Positions 1 to 10,396 of a stretch of 64,000 nt of DNA are shown here, in pieces. Position 1 is the first letter of the stretch. Each line of letters opens with the position of its first letter. This DNA comes from Clostridia bacterium (GTDB taxonomy: Bacteria; Bacillota; Clostridia; TANB77; CAG-465), in the NCBI GenBank assembly GCA_029256705.1, contig JAQSXK010000002.1, positions 55,542-119,541 of the forward strand. Direction: 5' to 3'. Under the pieces are notes generated by a model that saw nothing but the letters and a program-made list of their open reading frames with translations, had not been told where the DNA came from and made no database searches. Position numbers and translations under genes: made by a program.

Positions 1-187
1 AATTATTATTTTTGAAAACATTTTATTATACAACATTCATTTCAGCTCCTAGTAGTATATATTATATCATACACTAACACATATTTCAACTAATTATATA
101 TAAAAAGGATTACCACTATAATTGTTAAAACTTTACTATGCAAATAAAGAGAAATAAGTTAATATTAGCTTATTTCTCTTTATATTT

Positions 188-430
188 TTAGTCATGTAAA
201 TACTCAAATCGATATAATTGGTTATTTGGATTTTCTCTTCCTTCTGGAACTTTTTCTAAAAACATATTTAAAGGTCTAACATATGTTTTACCAATTTCTT
301 TACCATATAAAGCAATATATATTACCATTTCTTCTAATGTTTCACTATGTATAGCAATTCCTACAACTTTATATAGCTTGTCACTACCTTTAAAATGTCT
401 ATAAATTCCATGTTTTAATTTATTTTCCAT
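188..430 (-). CDS. DUF1653-family small protein
   Basis: 80-aa ORF with the pattern GIYRHFKG..YKV..A.HSET.E.V.Y..LY characteristic of DUF1653 proteins. Confidence 0.5.
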   Translation of the reverse strand: MENKLKHGIYRHFKGSDKLYKVVGIAIHSETLEEMVIYIALYGKEIGKTYVRPLNMFLEKVPEGRENPNNQLYRFEYLHD

Positions 431-445
431 ACTAAATCCCCCTGA

Positions 446-1288
446 TTAAAATCTATTCCAATAAAATGTATTATTACTATCCTTTGTTAAACTTACTGTC
501 ATTATTTCTTTAATATAGTTAGCTTTTTTTGCAATATTACTTCCTTCATATAAATAATCCGGTTTACTTTTAGATGTCATTATTTCAGCAAATATTTCTG
601 CTCTGTCTTCTTTTTCAGATGTCTTAGAATATTTAGTAACAAAATACGAATCATCTTTTACGTTTGAGCTGTCATAAATATATTTATCATCTAAATTTTG
701 TGTATTAGCTATATAACTAAAATTCTTAGGATTAAACTCATTCCAATTTGCAAAAATACTACTTTTACTTATATTTAATTTATATTCAAATACATGATAC
801 ATTTCGTGATGAAGAGATCTTTCAAAAGTCTTATTATCACTTATATATATCTTAAATTCATTTAATTTGTTTTTAGATGCTAGTGCAATATTACTATTAT
901 TAAAACTTTTTAATATTACTATTGTTAATTTATTATTTACAAAGAAACTATCTGGATATTTGCTTAATACTTTTGTTATATCTGTTATATTTTTATATAT
1001 TATATATTCATCCTCTTGTACATTAGCACTAACTCTTAAAGATGACTCATATGAATCTTGCCCATATAATATATCAATACCGTATTTTTCCTTTATATTT
1101 TTTGCTTCAATATAGTTTTTATTACTTATTTCTATATCCTCAAGTGCCAAATTCTGAGAAAGACCATATTCTGAAGATATATATTTAAATCCAAATAAAA
1201 ATACATTAAGTAAAAACAAAAATATAATTATATCCGTTATTATGGATAGCCTTTTTTTCTCTACTTTATTCTCTACGTTAACTTCCAA
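446..1288 (-). CDS. membrane-anchored protein with an HExxH (HEMYH) motif; putative zinc metallopeptidase-like, function unknown
   Basis: Single N-terminal TM segment followed by an Asn/Tyr-rich extracytoplasmic domain containing SLHHEMYHVFEY; 13-bp gap to the upstream gene suggests an operon. Confidence 0.35.
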   Translation of the reverse strand: MEVNVENKVEKKRLSIITDIIIFLFLLNVFLFGFKYISSEYGLSQNLALEDIEISNKNYIEAKNIKEKYGIDILYGQDSYESSLRVSANVQEDEYIIYKNITDITKVLSKYPDSFFVNNKLTIVILKSFNNSNIALASKNKLNEFKIYISDNKTFERSLHHEMYHVFEYKLNISKSSIFANWNEFNPKNFSYIANTQNLDDKYIYDSSNVKDDSYFVTKYSKTSEKEDRAEIFAEIMTSKSKPDYLYEGSNIAKKANYIKEIMTVSLTKDSNNTFYWNRF

Positions 1289-1300
1289 TTTATCCTCCGT

Positions 1301-2302
1301 TTAATTATCTAAATATTCTGTTTGAAGTGATCCTAAATAGTACTCCTTATCATAAAAATTAGTACTATAAATTTCAGCATTAGATTTGTTTATTTCATCT
1401 TTTATACATATATCTATTTTAGATATATTATTAAACTTATCAAATGCAGTTAAATCATCTAATATATTATTTACATCTTCGGTAAAAATATTCAATTCAT
1501 ATAAATTAATTTTATTTACAGATTTTGTTATATATACAGTAATATTATTTTTTAAATCTGTATACTCAATATCAAAATTAAAGTTGTTATATTTAGTTAA
1601 ATTTATTTTATTTTCTAATTCAGATTTTAACAATCTACTATTAGATTTAAGTCTACTTTCTTCGTATCCATCAATTACTTTATCATTTGAATAAACAGCA
1701 AAGTTATATGTTTTATTATCACTAAGATCAATATTTTTAACATTAAATGAATAATATTTATATTTGTTAAAGACATATTTTCCATCAGTAATTAGAGTAT
1801 TATTACTATTTGGATAATTTATAGTTATATAATCTTTAACTGCTTGTTTAGCTTTAAAATATGTAAAGATATTACCGTTAACATAGTTATTTAAATAAAT
1901 ACCTGCTAGAGCAAGTAATATAAACAATGTTATATTTTTTGAATTATTCTTGAATATATTTTTTTTACTCATTATTTTAATTATGTACATACCTTCAACT
2001 TCACCTATTAATATGCATATAAAGCAAAACAAACTATACATAAGGTTATATGTAAAACTATATGCTGCAACCATATATATTGCACAAATAGAAATTAAAA
2101 AACCAAATACACTTGTTAAAAAAGGTCTATTAAAAATTGTTCTACCCACTATTCCTAATATAAAAGCAAAGGGTAATAATCTTATTTCTATTGGACCTGC
2201 AATATTAGTAAATACAACAACTAATGTAAAAAGTATATAAATTATTCCTTCTATATAGCCAAAATATTTTTTCTTAAGTTTAAAATTTTTCAATAAATCC
2301 AT
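1301..2302 (-). CDS. polytopic membrane protein of unknown function
   Basis: Four to five predicted N-terminal TM helices followed by a soluble Asn/Tyr-rich domain; probably co-transcribed with 446..1288. Confidence 0.3.
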   Translation of the reverse strand: MDLLKNFKLKKKYFGYIEGIIYILFTLVVVFTNIAGPIEIRLLPFAFILGIVGRTIFNRPFLTSVFGFLISICAIYMVAAYSFTYNLMYSLFCFICILIGEVEGMYIIKIMSKKNIFKNNSKNITLFILLALAGIYLNNYVNGNIFTYFKAKQAVKDYITINYPNSNNTLITDGKYVFNKYKYYSFNVKNIDLSDNKTYNFAVYSNDKVIDGYEESRLKSNSRLLKSELENKINLTKYNNFNFDIEYTDLKNNITVYITKSVNKINLYELNIFTEDVNNILDDLTAFDKFNNISKIDICIKDEINKSNAEIYSTNFYDKEYYLGSLQTEYLDN

Positions 2303-2412
2303 GTGACCACCTTACTATAATTTCATTATATAATAAAACAAAATAATTATCAAGCATATTTGACAAAATAAGACACAAAAAACCAGCGCAAATTAATGCA
2401 CTGGTTTTTGTA

Positions 2413-3606
2413 CTATATAACCTTTTTCAGACTTATCTTTAAAAGTTTAGCAAACGCTTCTCTAATTGCCTCATGGAATTTTTTATTTATTTTCCTCATA
2501 TTCCCCTCTTGAAGTTGCTCAACACTATCTTGAATGAACTCATTATTTTCATCAACTCTACCAATTTTCATTTCTATGGAACAATCTGAAGTTTTATTGA
2601 AAATAACAATCTTGTCTAAATCCTCAACCATATAATATGAATAGAATTGGTCAATACTTAGATGTTTAACTTTGCCGTAGCTAGTTATAACAAGTTTTAA
2701 TATACCTACATATAAATCCACACTCGAGGTATCTATTAGTCTAATGTCCCCATTACAACTTACAATATCTGGTTTGAAATCATCAATAGAGGTTTTTGTA
2801 AAGCCTTTTGGTTTATCAAACCTATATACAATAACTGTTTTTTTTATGCTAGACTTTTTCTTGTTATATCTGGGTTTACTGATTGAAAACTTATCTTTTA
2901 AAGCTTTTAAACTTTCTTCAGATACTAAAGCTTTAGGAGATTCTTGTACTGCCTTGTTTTCCCTCAAATTACGAATCAAATAAGTCCTGCAATGTTTTAT
3001 ATTCTCATGTGGAAACTCCATAGGATATATCCCGATTTTTATCCCCCTTGCTTTAAGAATCATCTTTTTATCAAAAGTTAATAAGTTAACGATAAATCCT
3101 TGCTTTTTAAGTTTAGCACAAACTGTTAGAATATAATAATCATTGTCTTTCTTCCAGGTAGGGTCTAATAGCATACTAGGATCTGCAATTTCAATCTTTA
3201 CATCTAATTCAAATAGAATAGTTAATATTCTTCTTGATGTATAATTTATTTTTTCATCTCTAGAATCTGTTGGAAGTTCTTCGAGTACCGTACCAGGGAC
3301 AACAATATTTGGATTATCGCATATAAATTTTTCAATATCTAAAAACTTTGATGAAATAAAATAAGAAGTATCTATTACTATTACTACTTTTTTCTCCTTA
3401 TTCTCTTCATTTAAACGAAGAATAACTAAAATATCATTTTTAAACTTTTCGCTATAATGTTTATCTAAAACCCGTATTATTTCTTTCTTTGTCATTCTTA
3501 ATTCACATTGTATATCTTTCAATCCATAACCGTCTTCTGCCATTTTACGTATATACTTTGCTTTAGCACTAATTAAATTCTCATCTTTCATATCCTCACT
3601 CTCCAA
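2413..3606 (-). CDS. PIN-domain protein with an HTH-like N-terminus and an uncharacterised C-terminal domain
   Basis: VVIVIDTSYFI (Asp-first beta-strand) then VVPGTVLEEL then D/E-rich segments typical of PIN nucleases; N-terminal segment KYIRKMAEDGYGLKDIQCELRMTKKEIIRVL resembles a helix-turn-helix. Confidence 0.4.
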   Translation of the reverse strand: MESEDMKDENLISAKAKYIRKMAEDGYGLKDIQCELRMTKKEIIRVLDKHYSEKFKNDILVILRLNEENKEKKVVIVIDTSYFISSKFLDIEKFICDNPNIVVPGTVLEELPTDSRDEKINYTSRRILTILFELDVKIEIADPSMLLDPTWKKDNDYYILTVCAKLKKQGFIVNLLTFDKKMILKARGIKIGIYPMEFPHENIKHCRTYLIRNLRENKAVQESPKALVSEESLKALKDKFSISKPRYNKKKSSIKKTVIVYRFDKPKGFTKTSIDDFKPDIVSCNGDIRLIDTSSVDLYVGILKLVITSYGKVKHLSIDQFYSYYMVEDLDKIVIFNKTSDCSIEMKIGRVDENNEFIQDSVEQLQEGNMRKINKKFHEAIREAFAKLLKISLKKVI

Positions 3607-3832
3607 AATTTTATTTTTAAATATTAAATAAATCTTACATCAGGAAAATTATCCCCCTCTCAAAATTATAAATTTTACTAATTATATCACAGTGTGTATT
3701 TAATGTCAATTATTGAAGTTTTAATAGGTGAAAAAAAGAAAATTTAAGCGAAAATTGTAAATTAATAAAATAAAAAATACAAATTTTTCAAACGAAAAAT
3801 CTGTATTAAAAATTAAATAAATTAACTACCTA

Positions 3833-4531
3833 TTAAATACTATCATCACAAAGTAAATCTTCTAAGACTGTCCATAAAGTATATCCTTTGTATTCATCAT
3901 ATTCAATCTCGATTGATTTATTCTCTAAGTAATTTGCAAGGGCCTCCAAAAAAACTCTCTTGTTAATGCTTGTTTTATTTAATATTTGCTTAAACTTATT
4001 CTTTACAACTTTACTGTTATAACAATTGTTAACATCATCATTAATTTTAAGTGTAATAATTCTATCCGTCAATTCATTTGAAACACTATCGATTTCCTGA
4101 GATAAACATTCTATAAAGAATTTATTTTTATATGTGAAAAACTTTAAAATTTTACCACCTACAAGAAATGGTTTATCTCCCATCTTTGTACCATCAGGTG
4201 TCAGAGTTACTGGTTCATAAATATCTTTTAGAAATGTTTGTAAATACAACTGTCCATCCTGATTTGAAAAAGTTAACTTTGCAGGATTCAATTTCAATGT
4301 AAGTTTTAACTTATACTCTAACCGTTTAACAAATTCTTTGTTAAATTTGGTATTAGTATAAATATCACTTAACTGTTCATGTATTGATACTACAATATTT
4401 TTCTCCTCATCTGAAAATGAGCAAACGAAAATAGCATTAACACTTTGTTTCTTATCTAAAAATAAATTTAGATTACTGCATTCTACATTAATAATACTCT
4501 CCATTTGGATAATACCTCCTATAAGTAACAA
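3833..4531 (-). CDS. hypothetical protein
   Basis: 232-aa ORF with no recognisable motif; the real start may be the internal MESIINVE (about 4504). Confidence 0.3.
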   Translation of the reverse strand: MLLIGGIIQMESIINVECSNLNLFLDKKQSVNAIFVCSFSDEEKNIVVSIHEQLSDIYTNTKFNKEFVKRLEYKLKLTLKLNPAKLTFSNQDGQLYLQTFLKDIYEPVTLTPDGTKMGDKPFLVGGKILKFFTYKNKFFIECLSQEIDSVSNELTDRIITLKINDDVNNCYNSKVVKNKFKQILNKTSINKRVFLEALANYLENKSIEIEYDEYKGYTLWTVLEDLLCDDSI

Positions 4532-4612
4532 TCGTCACTAAAATTATATTCTTTAATACTTATTATTATATCATCATTTCCTTTATTTGTCAATGTTATC
4601 CAAAATAATAAA

Positions 4613-5788
4613 TTACATAATATTTCTAATTATTTCTAAATCCAAGATACTACCTGTTTTAAATATAGAATCTACACCATCTTTAAAATATTTCAAAATA
4701 TCACCTTTATTTATATCTTCTTTCAAAAACACATCCCTCGTATATATTTGATCTTCACCTAAATACATACTTATTTTACCCAAATATGTACCTTTTTTCA
4801 TTGGTGCATATATTTCTTTTATAAATTCTTGCTTAACATATATATTTTCATATTCTTCTGCTAATATTGGATATAACATAGAATCAGATATATTATCTTC
4901 ATAATATTCACTTTGACCTTTAATTATTGGTAATTTTACATACCAATTCATCATTTTAGATAAATCTTCATTTTTATATATTTCTAAAGCTTTATCCATT
5001 AAATCTCTTGCCGTATTAAATCTTGTATCTGTATCTGTTGCTCCTAAAACAACAGCTATAACTCTAAAATCATCTTTTGTTCCTGATGTTATTAGACATC
5101 TTTCTGCATCACCAGTATATCCTGTTTTTACTCCATCAACATATGCATAACTTTTAAGTAATCTATTTGTATTATTTAAGGTTCTTGTAGTTTTGCCATA
5201 CGTAACAGACAAACTTGTGCTATTTACTATTTTATTTATAGTTTCATTCTTTAACGCATAACTCGTAATAAGTGCCATATCATAAGCAGTACTATAATGT
5301 CCCGGATCATCTAAACCATGTGCATTAACAAAATTTGTATTCATTGCACCTATTTCTTTTGCTTTAGCTGTCATCATTTGACCAAATTTTTCTATTGTAC
5401 CACCAATATGCATACCTGTCGTATATGCAGCATCATTTCCAGATGGCAGTAACATTCCAACTAATAAATTATATGCTGTTATAGCATCCCCTTTTTTTAG
5501 TCCAAGTGTTGAACCACCAACCCAAGCTACTGAATCAGGTGCAATTATTACCTCATTTAAATCACAATTTTCAACTAATAATATACTAGTCATAACTTTA
5601 GTAAGAGATGCAACACTTCTTTGAGTATTAGCATTTTTATCAAAAAGTATTCTATGTGTATTGTTATCAATTACAACTGCTGCTGGAACATTTATCTTTA
5701 AGTAATCTTTTTTATTAACAAATTCACTTGCATATATATTTAAACTTAAAATAAATATTATTACAAATAGTACTATTTTTTTTATCAT
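4613..5788 (-). CDS. serine-type D-alanyl-D-alanine carboxypeptidase (PBP5 family, DacB/DacF-like)
   Basis: Signal peptide; SxxK (SLTKVMT), SxN (SGND) and KTG (KTGYT) active-site motifs in the canonical order; C-terminal PBP5-type extension. Confidence 0.85.
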   Translation of the reverse strand: MIKKIVLFVIIFILSLNIYASEFVNKKDYLKINVPAAVVIDNNTHRILFDKNANTQRSVASLTKVMTSILLVENCDLNEVIIAPDSVAWVGGSTLGLKKGDAITAYNLLVGMLLPSGNDAAYTTGMHIGGTIEKFGQMMTAKAKEIGAMNTNFVNAHGLDDPGHYSTAYDMALITSYALKNETINKIVNSTSLSVTYGKTTRTLNNTNRLLKSYAYVDGVKTGYTGDAERCLITSGTKDDFRVIAVVLGATDTDTRFNTARDLMDKALEIYKNEDLSKMMNWYVKLPIIKGQSEYYEDNISDSMLYPILAEEYENIYVKQEFIKEIYAPMKKGTYLGKISMYLGEDQIYTRDVFLKEDINKGDILKYFKDGVDSIFKTGSILDLEIIRNIM

Positions 5789-5815
5789 TACCTACCACCT
5801 AATATTCTATTTAAA

Positions 5816-6880
5816 TCATTGATTCATATTTGACATATCTTCAATCATATTTTCTATAAATACTCCATAGCCTCGAAGTGGATCATTAAGAAATACATGT
5901 GTAACCGCGCCTATTAGTTTCCCGTTTTGAACAATCGGACTACCACTCATGCCCTGTACAATTCCTCCGGTTTTATTTATTAATTTTTCATCAGTTATTT
6001 TAATTATCATATTCTTATTTCCAGTAGAATTAATTAAGACTTTTTCAATTTTTATTTCATATGCATTTATTTGTTTATCATCAAGTATAGAATATATATA
6101 TGCCTTACCCTCTTGTATTGTAGATTTAGATGCTATTTCTATACTTTTTTTATTTTTAAATAGTGAAATATCGTACATTCTCCCATAAATACCTTTTCCC
6201 GTGTTATTAACTATCTCTCCAATAATATCACTAGTAATTGTTCCTTTTAATTCTCCTGGATTTCTATTAAATCCTTTTTTAATACTATATATATCTGTAC
6301 TTGTTATACCTCCAGATGTTATAGGTAAAATATAGTTTTCTTTTGTTTCAGTAACAGCATGACCTAAAGCAGCAAAATTTAGAGTCTTTCTATCATAAAA
6401 AGTTATAGTTCCTACACCAGCACTACTATCTTTTACCCATAACCCAAGTTTATAATCATTACTAAGTTCATCAAAAATTGGTGTTATATAAGATTCAAAA
6501 GTTTTATCTTTTCTCATTACTTCTAATTTCAACTTTTGACCTTTACTATTTGTAGTAAAATTCTGAAGTTCGGCATTAGACTCAACTTTATTATCGTTTA
6601 CTTTTAGTATAATGTCCGCTATTTCAAGATTGATATCATCACGATCAATCCCCATAATTAGTACACCAGTAGCAAGTAATTTTATACCTACTGTTTCGCC
6701 ACCAATAACAATATCCATATTATCTATTTTTTTTCTTAAATCTTTACTAATACCATAAGCGTTTATTACATCTGTATAGTTTATATAGACAAAGGTAATA
6801 CTAAGTAAAACAATTATACAAGAAATTATAATTACCCTTGTCTTTTTATTTTCAAATATGTACTCTTTAAATTTTTTCAT
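5816..6880 (-). CDS. spoIVB: stage IV sporulation protein B, SpoIVB signal peptidase (S55)
   Basis: N-terminal TM, PDZ-like region, and the conserved C-terminal GGIVQGMSGSPIVQNGKLIGAVTHVF serine-peptidase block typical of SpoIVB. Confidence 0.85.
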   Translation of the reverse strand: MKKFKEYIFENKKTRVIIISCIIVLLSITFVYINYTDVINAYGISKDLRKKIDNMDIVIGGETVGIKLLATGVLIMGIDRDDINLEIADIILKVNDNKVESNAELQNFTTNSKGQKLKLEVMRKDKTFESYITPIFDELSNDYKLGLWVKDSSAGVGTITFYDRKTLNFAALGHAVTETKENYILPITSGGITSTDIYSIKKGFNRNPGELKGTITSDIIGEIVNNTGKGIYGRMYDISLFKNKKSIEIASKSTIQEGKAYIYSILDDKQINAYEIKIEKVLINSTGNKNMIIKITDEKLINKTGGIVQGMSGSPIVQNGKLIGAVTHVFLNDPLRGYGVFIENMIEDMSNMNQ

Positions 6881-6888
6881 TTTTACCT

Positions 6889-7266
6889 CTACAAGTTCAC
6901 TCCTACTATTCCACCCAATAATCCAGAAATCATTCCTATAACAATATATATACCTATACCATAAGATAGACTAAACCCTAAAAATAACGCTCCAATTAAA
7001 TATATAGTTAAAATTACTAATATTCCAAATAAACTACCATATAAAGCTCCTTTAAATTTTATCTTCCTATTCAAAAAAATTGAGTTTAAAAAAATAGATA
7101 TACCTATCAAACTATATACGAATATATCTAAAAACTTATCATTTATATTAGTATATGCAAAAATAGCAGATGTTACTAAAAGTAACAATAGAATCATAAC
7201 ATAACAAATAACCATATGAATACTAAAATATTTTAATTTACTCAAACTAATCACTCCTTTGTACAT
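6889..7266 (-). CDS. small polytopic membrane protein
   Basis: 125-aa ORF with four hydrophobic helices and Gly-rich C-terminal helices; 8-bp gap to spoIVB suggests an operon. Confidence 0.35.
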   Translation of the reverse strand: MYKGVISLSKLKYFSIHMVICYVMILLLLLVTSAIFAYTNINDKFLDIFVYSLIGISIFLNSIFLNRKIKFKGALYGSLFGILVILTIYLIGALFLGFSLSYGIGIYIVIGMISGLLGGIVGVNL

Positions 7267-7344
7267 TTTATTAATAACAATTTAAAATATTCATACACAT
7301 TTAAAAATAATATAAACACTAAATCCAAAGTAAAGTACCAATAC

Positions 7345-7373
7345 TTGAATTTAATGTAAATATATGTTATAAT
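7345..7373 (+). promoter_or_regulatory. sigma-A-like promoter (TTGAAT-17-TATAAT) upstream of spoIIID
   Basis: TTGAAT at 7345-7350, 17-nt spacer, TATAAT at 7368-7373, about 45 nt upstream of the start codon; AT-rich background lowers significance. Confidence 0.3.
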
Positions 7374-7418
7374 TATCTCATATTTTAAAAATACGTCACA
7401 AAGACTAGGAGTGAGGAA

Positions 7419-7688
7419 ATGATTAGAACTAATTATGATTACGAAACAATAAGGGGTATTGCTTTGTACATGATTGAAAATGGTAGTACACTTCGGCAAC
7501 TCGAAAAAAAATTTAATATTTCGAAATCTACCATTCACAGCCAGTTTCAAAAAAAACTAAAGGATGAAGACAATGAAACTTTTGTTAATGTACGTGCTGT
7601 ATTAGATAAAAATAAAGAAGAAAGAGCATACCGTGGTGGCAAAGCTACACGCCAAAAATTTATGGATATTGCAAATTCAAAACACTAA
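7419..7688 (+). CDS. spoIIID: sporulation transcriptional regulator SpoIIID
   Basis: 89 aa; HTH block NISKSTIHSQF and C-terminal basic block RAYRGGKATRQKF match SpoIIID (VSKSTVHKDL / RHLRGGEATKLKY); RBS GGAGTGAGG. Confidence 0.75.
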   Translation: MIRTNYDYETIRGIALYMIENGSTLRQLEKKFNISKSTIHSQFQKKLKDEDNETFVNVRAVLDKNKEERAYRGGKATRQKFMDIANSKH

Positions 7689-7712
7689 TGTTAAAAATGT
7701 AATAAAAATAAT

Positions 7713-7750
7713 AAGAACATACAATGTTATAAACTTGTATGTTCTTTCTT
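7713..7750. terminator. bidirectional rho-independent terminator between spoIIID and mgtA
   Basis: AAGAACATAC ... GTATGTTCTT 10-bp stem followed by a T-run. Confidence 0.5.
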
Positions 7751-7768
7751 ATATTTAATAAAATTTTA

Positions 7769-10396
7769 TTATACCCAATCACCATTAAATTTAATGTATA
7801 TTCTTTTTACACACTCAGTAATTAATACATATGATATCATAATAATTAAAAGACAACCCAAATATATTCCTGGAAGAGGAACTAAACCTACAAAACTTCC
7901 AAACTCTGTATATGGAATTATTAATCCTATAATTGTTATAATCAATGTTGAAAATAGTAGTACAAAAGATGGACGACTTTGTATAAAAGGTATTTTTCCT
8001 GTTCTTATAACATGAACGATTACCGTTTGTGAGAGTAATCCTAGTATAAACCAACCAGATTGAAACAAAGCTTGATTACTAACTGTATTAGCTCCTATTA
8101 CGTACCACAAAACACCAAACATAACTAAATCAAAAAATGTACTAACGGGTGCAAACCACCAAATAAATTTAGATATATCCTTTGTCTCCCACTTTCTTGG
8201 AACTTTTAGATAATCCTTGTCAACATTATCAAATGGAATACCTATTTGCGATAAGTCGTAAAGCAAATTCTGCAACAATATATGTATAGGTAACATAGGT
8301 AAAAAAGGTAAAAATATACTTGCAAATAAAACACTAATCATATTTCCAACATTAGAACTTGTTCCCATTTTTAAATATTTCATAATATTTGAAAATACTT
8401 TTCTTCCTTCAACTAATCCATCCTTTAGTACCATTAAACTTTTTTCAAGTAATATTATATCTGCAGATTCCTTTGCAATTTCAACACCGCTATCAACAGA
8501 TATACTTACATCCGCTTGCACTAACGCTGGAGCATCATTTATTCCATCTCCCATATATCCTACTATATGTCCTTTACTTTGTAATGCTTTAACTATATTT
8601 GCTTTTTGTATAGGAGATATTTTAGCAAATAATGTGGTTTTCTCAACTAAAGATAAAAATTCATCATTAGACATACCCTCAATTTGTTTACCCGTTAGAG
8701 TGTTTGTTGTATCAATTCCAACTTGGGCGCATACTTTTCTAGCTACCAATTCATTATCACCAGTTATTACTTTTACTTCTACACCATGAGTATTAAGGAC
8801 TTTAATTGCTCCTTTGGCACTTTCTTTTGGTGGATCTAGAAATGCAACATATCCAATCAAAATCATATCTTTTTCATCTTGAATACAAAATGTTTTTACG
8901 TCATGGTAAAATTCATTTTTTTGTGCTATAGCAACAACTCTTAAACCATTAGAATTTAATCTCCTTGCTATAGTCATTATTTCATCAGTAAGTTGATTAT
9001 CTATTTCTTCTACCTTACCATTAATTTCTGCATATTTGCAAATAGATAATACCTCTTCTACTGCACCTTTTGTTATTAATTGTTTCTTTTCATTTGTATC
9101 TTCAATAACTATTGACATTCTTCTTCTTACAAAATCAAAAGGTATTTCATCAACTTTTTTATATTTATCCAATATGCTCTCTAAATTATTATTTTTTGCT
9201 TTCTCTATTATGGCTATATCCAGTAAATTTTTAAGTCCTGTTTGAAAATGACTATTTAAAAATGCATGTCTTAATATTCTCATATCCTCATTACCATGAA
9301 CATCAAGATATTCTTCAAGTACAATATGGTCTTGTGTTAATGTTCCTGTCTTGTCAGTACAAAGTATATCCATTGCACCTAAATTTTGAATACTGTTTAG
9401 GTCTTTTACAATAGTTTTTTTCTTTGCCATTTCAATTGAACCTTTTGCTAAATTTGACGTTACTATTACTAATAAAAGTTCAGGTGTTATTCCAACAGCA
9501 ACTGCTACAGAATATATAAATGAATCTAATATATTTCCCTTTGTTAGTATATTTATTATGAAAACTATAGGCACCATTATCATAGTTATTTTTATTAAAA
9601 GCCATGTTACTTTTTTAATTCCTTTATCAAAGGCTGTTTCACCCTTTTTAGTTACCATTGAACTTGACATTTGACCTAAATATGTATCTTTCCCAGTTGC
9701 AATAACTACCCCTATTGCTGCACCACTTACTAGATTAGTTCCCATATAACATATATTTTCAAGTTCAAATATTTCTGCATTTTCTTTAGAATTCGATACA
9801 AATTTTTCTATAGGTTCAGATTCTCCTGTAAGTGATGATTGACTTAAAAACATATCTTTACTTGAAATCACCCTTAAATCTGCTGGTATAATATCCCCTG
9901 CAGATAATTTTATTATATCACCTACAACAATATTTGTAAGAGGTATCTCAACTAATTTATTATCCCTCATTACTGCAATAGTATTAGAAACCATTTCTTT
10001 CAATTTTTTCATAGATTTTCTTGATCTTAAATCTTGAATAAAATGTATTGTTCCACTAACTAAAATTATTAAACTTAAAATTACAATTTTTGAATATGAT
10101 TTCTCTTGTACTAATAGAATATCAGTAAATACAGAAATTAGTATTATACCCATAAGTATAATGCTAAATGGATCAAAAAAAGATTGTATAACTAAATCGT
10201 ATATTTTTACTTCATCTTCATTTTCAACTTTATTATAGCCATTTTTTTCTAATAATATTGAAGCATCTTCAGTAGAATAACCATTTTCATTAGTTTTAAA
10301 ACTATCTAAAACTTCCTTTTCACTCATTTTACTATATTCAAATATTTTTTTATTCATATTACTTTGAACTTTATCTTGTATTTTTTTATCTCTCAT
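7769..10396 (-). CDS. mgtA: magnesium-translocating P-type ATPase MgtA
   Basis: 875 aa; TPELLLVIVTSNLAKG ... ICTDKTGTLT phosphorylation site, GDGINDAPAL hinge motif, and a 10-TM layout closely matching MgtA/MgtB. Confidence 0.9.
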   Translation of the reverse strand: MRDKKIQDKVQSNMNKKIFEYSKMSEKEVLDSFKTNENGYSTEDASILLEKNGYNKVENEDEVKIYDLVIQSFFDPFSIILMGIILISVFTDILLVQEKSYSKIVILSLIILVSGTIHFIQDLRSRKSMKKLKEMVSNTIAVMRDNKLVEIPLTNIVVGDIIKLSAGDIIPADLRVISSKDMFLSQSSLTGESEPIEKFVSNSKENAEIFELENICYMGTNLVSGAAIGVVIATGKDTYLGQMSSSMVTKKGETAFDKGIKKVTWLLIKITMIMVPIVFIINILTKGNILDSFIYSVAVAVGITPELLLVIVTSNLAKGSIEMAKKKTIVKDLNSIQNLGAMDILCTDKTGTLTQDHIVLEEYLDVHGNEDMRILRHAFLNSHFQTGLKNLLDIAIIEKAKNNNLESILDKYKKVDEIPFDFVRRRMSIVIEDTNEKKQLITKGAVEEVLSICKYAEINGKVEEIDNQLTDEIMTIARRLNSNGLRVVAIAQKNEFYHDVKTFCIQDEKDMILIGYVAFLDPPKESAKGAIKVLNTHGVEVKVITGDNELVARKVCAQVGIDTTNTLTGKQIEGMSNDEFLSLVEKTTLFAKISPIQKANIVKALQSKGHIVGYMGDGINDAPALVQADVSISVDSGVEIAKESADIILLEKSLMVLKDGLVEGRKVFSNIMKYLKMGTSSNVGNMISVLFASIFLPFLPMLPIHILLQNLLYDLSQIGIPFDNVDKDYLKVPRKWETKDISKFIWWFAPVSTFFDLVMFGVLWYVIGANTVSNQALFQSGWFILGLLSQTVIVHVIRTGKIPFIQSRPSFVLLFSTLIITIIGLIIPYTEFGSFVGLVPLPGIYLGCLLIIMISYVLITECVKRIYIKFNGDWV

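Noticed and set aside
7251-7550. 99-aa minus-strand ORF
   Set aside because: It overlaps the spoIIID promoter and coding region in antisense, and its low-complexity Phe/Ile-rich translation is typical of AT-rich noise
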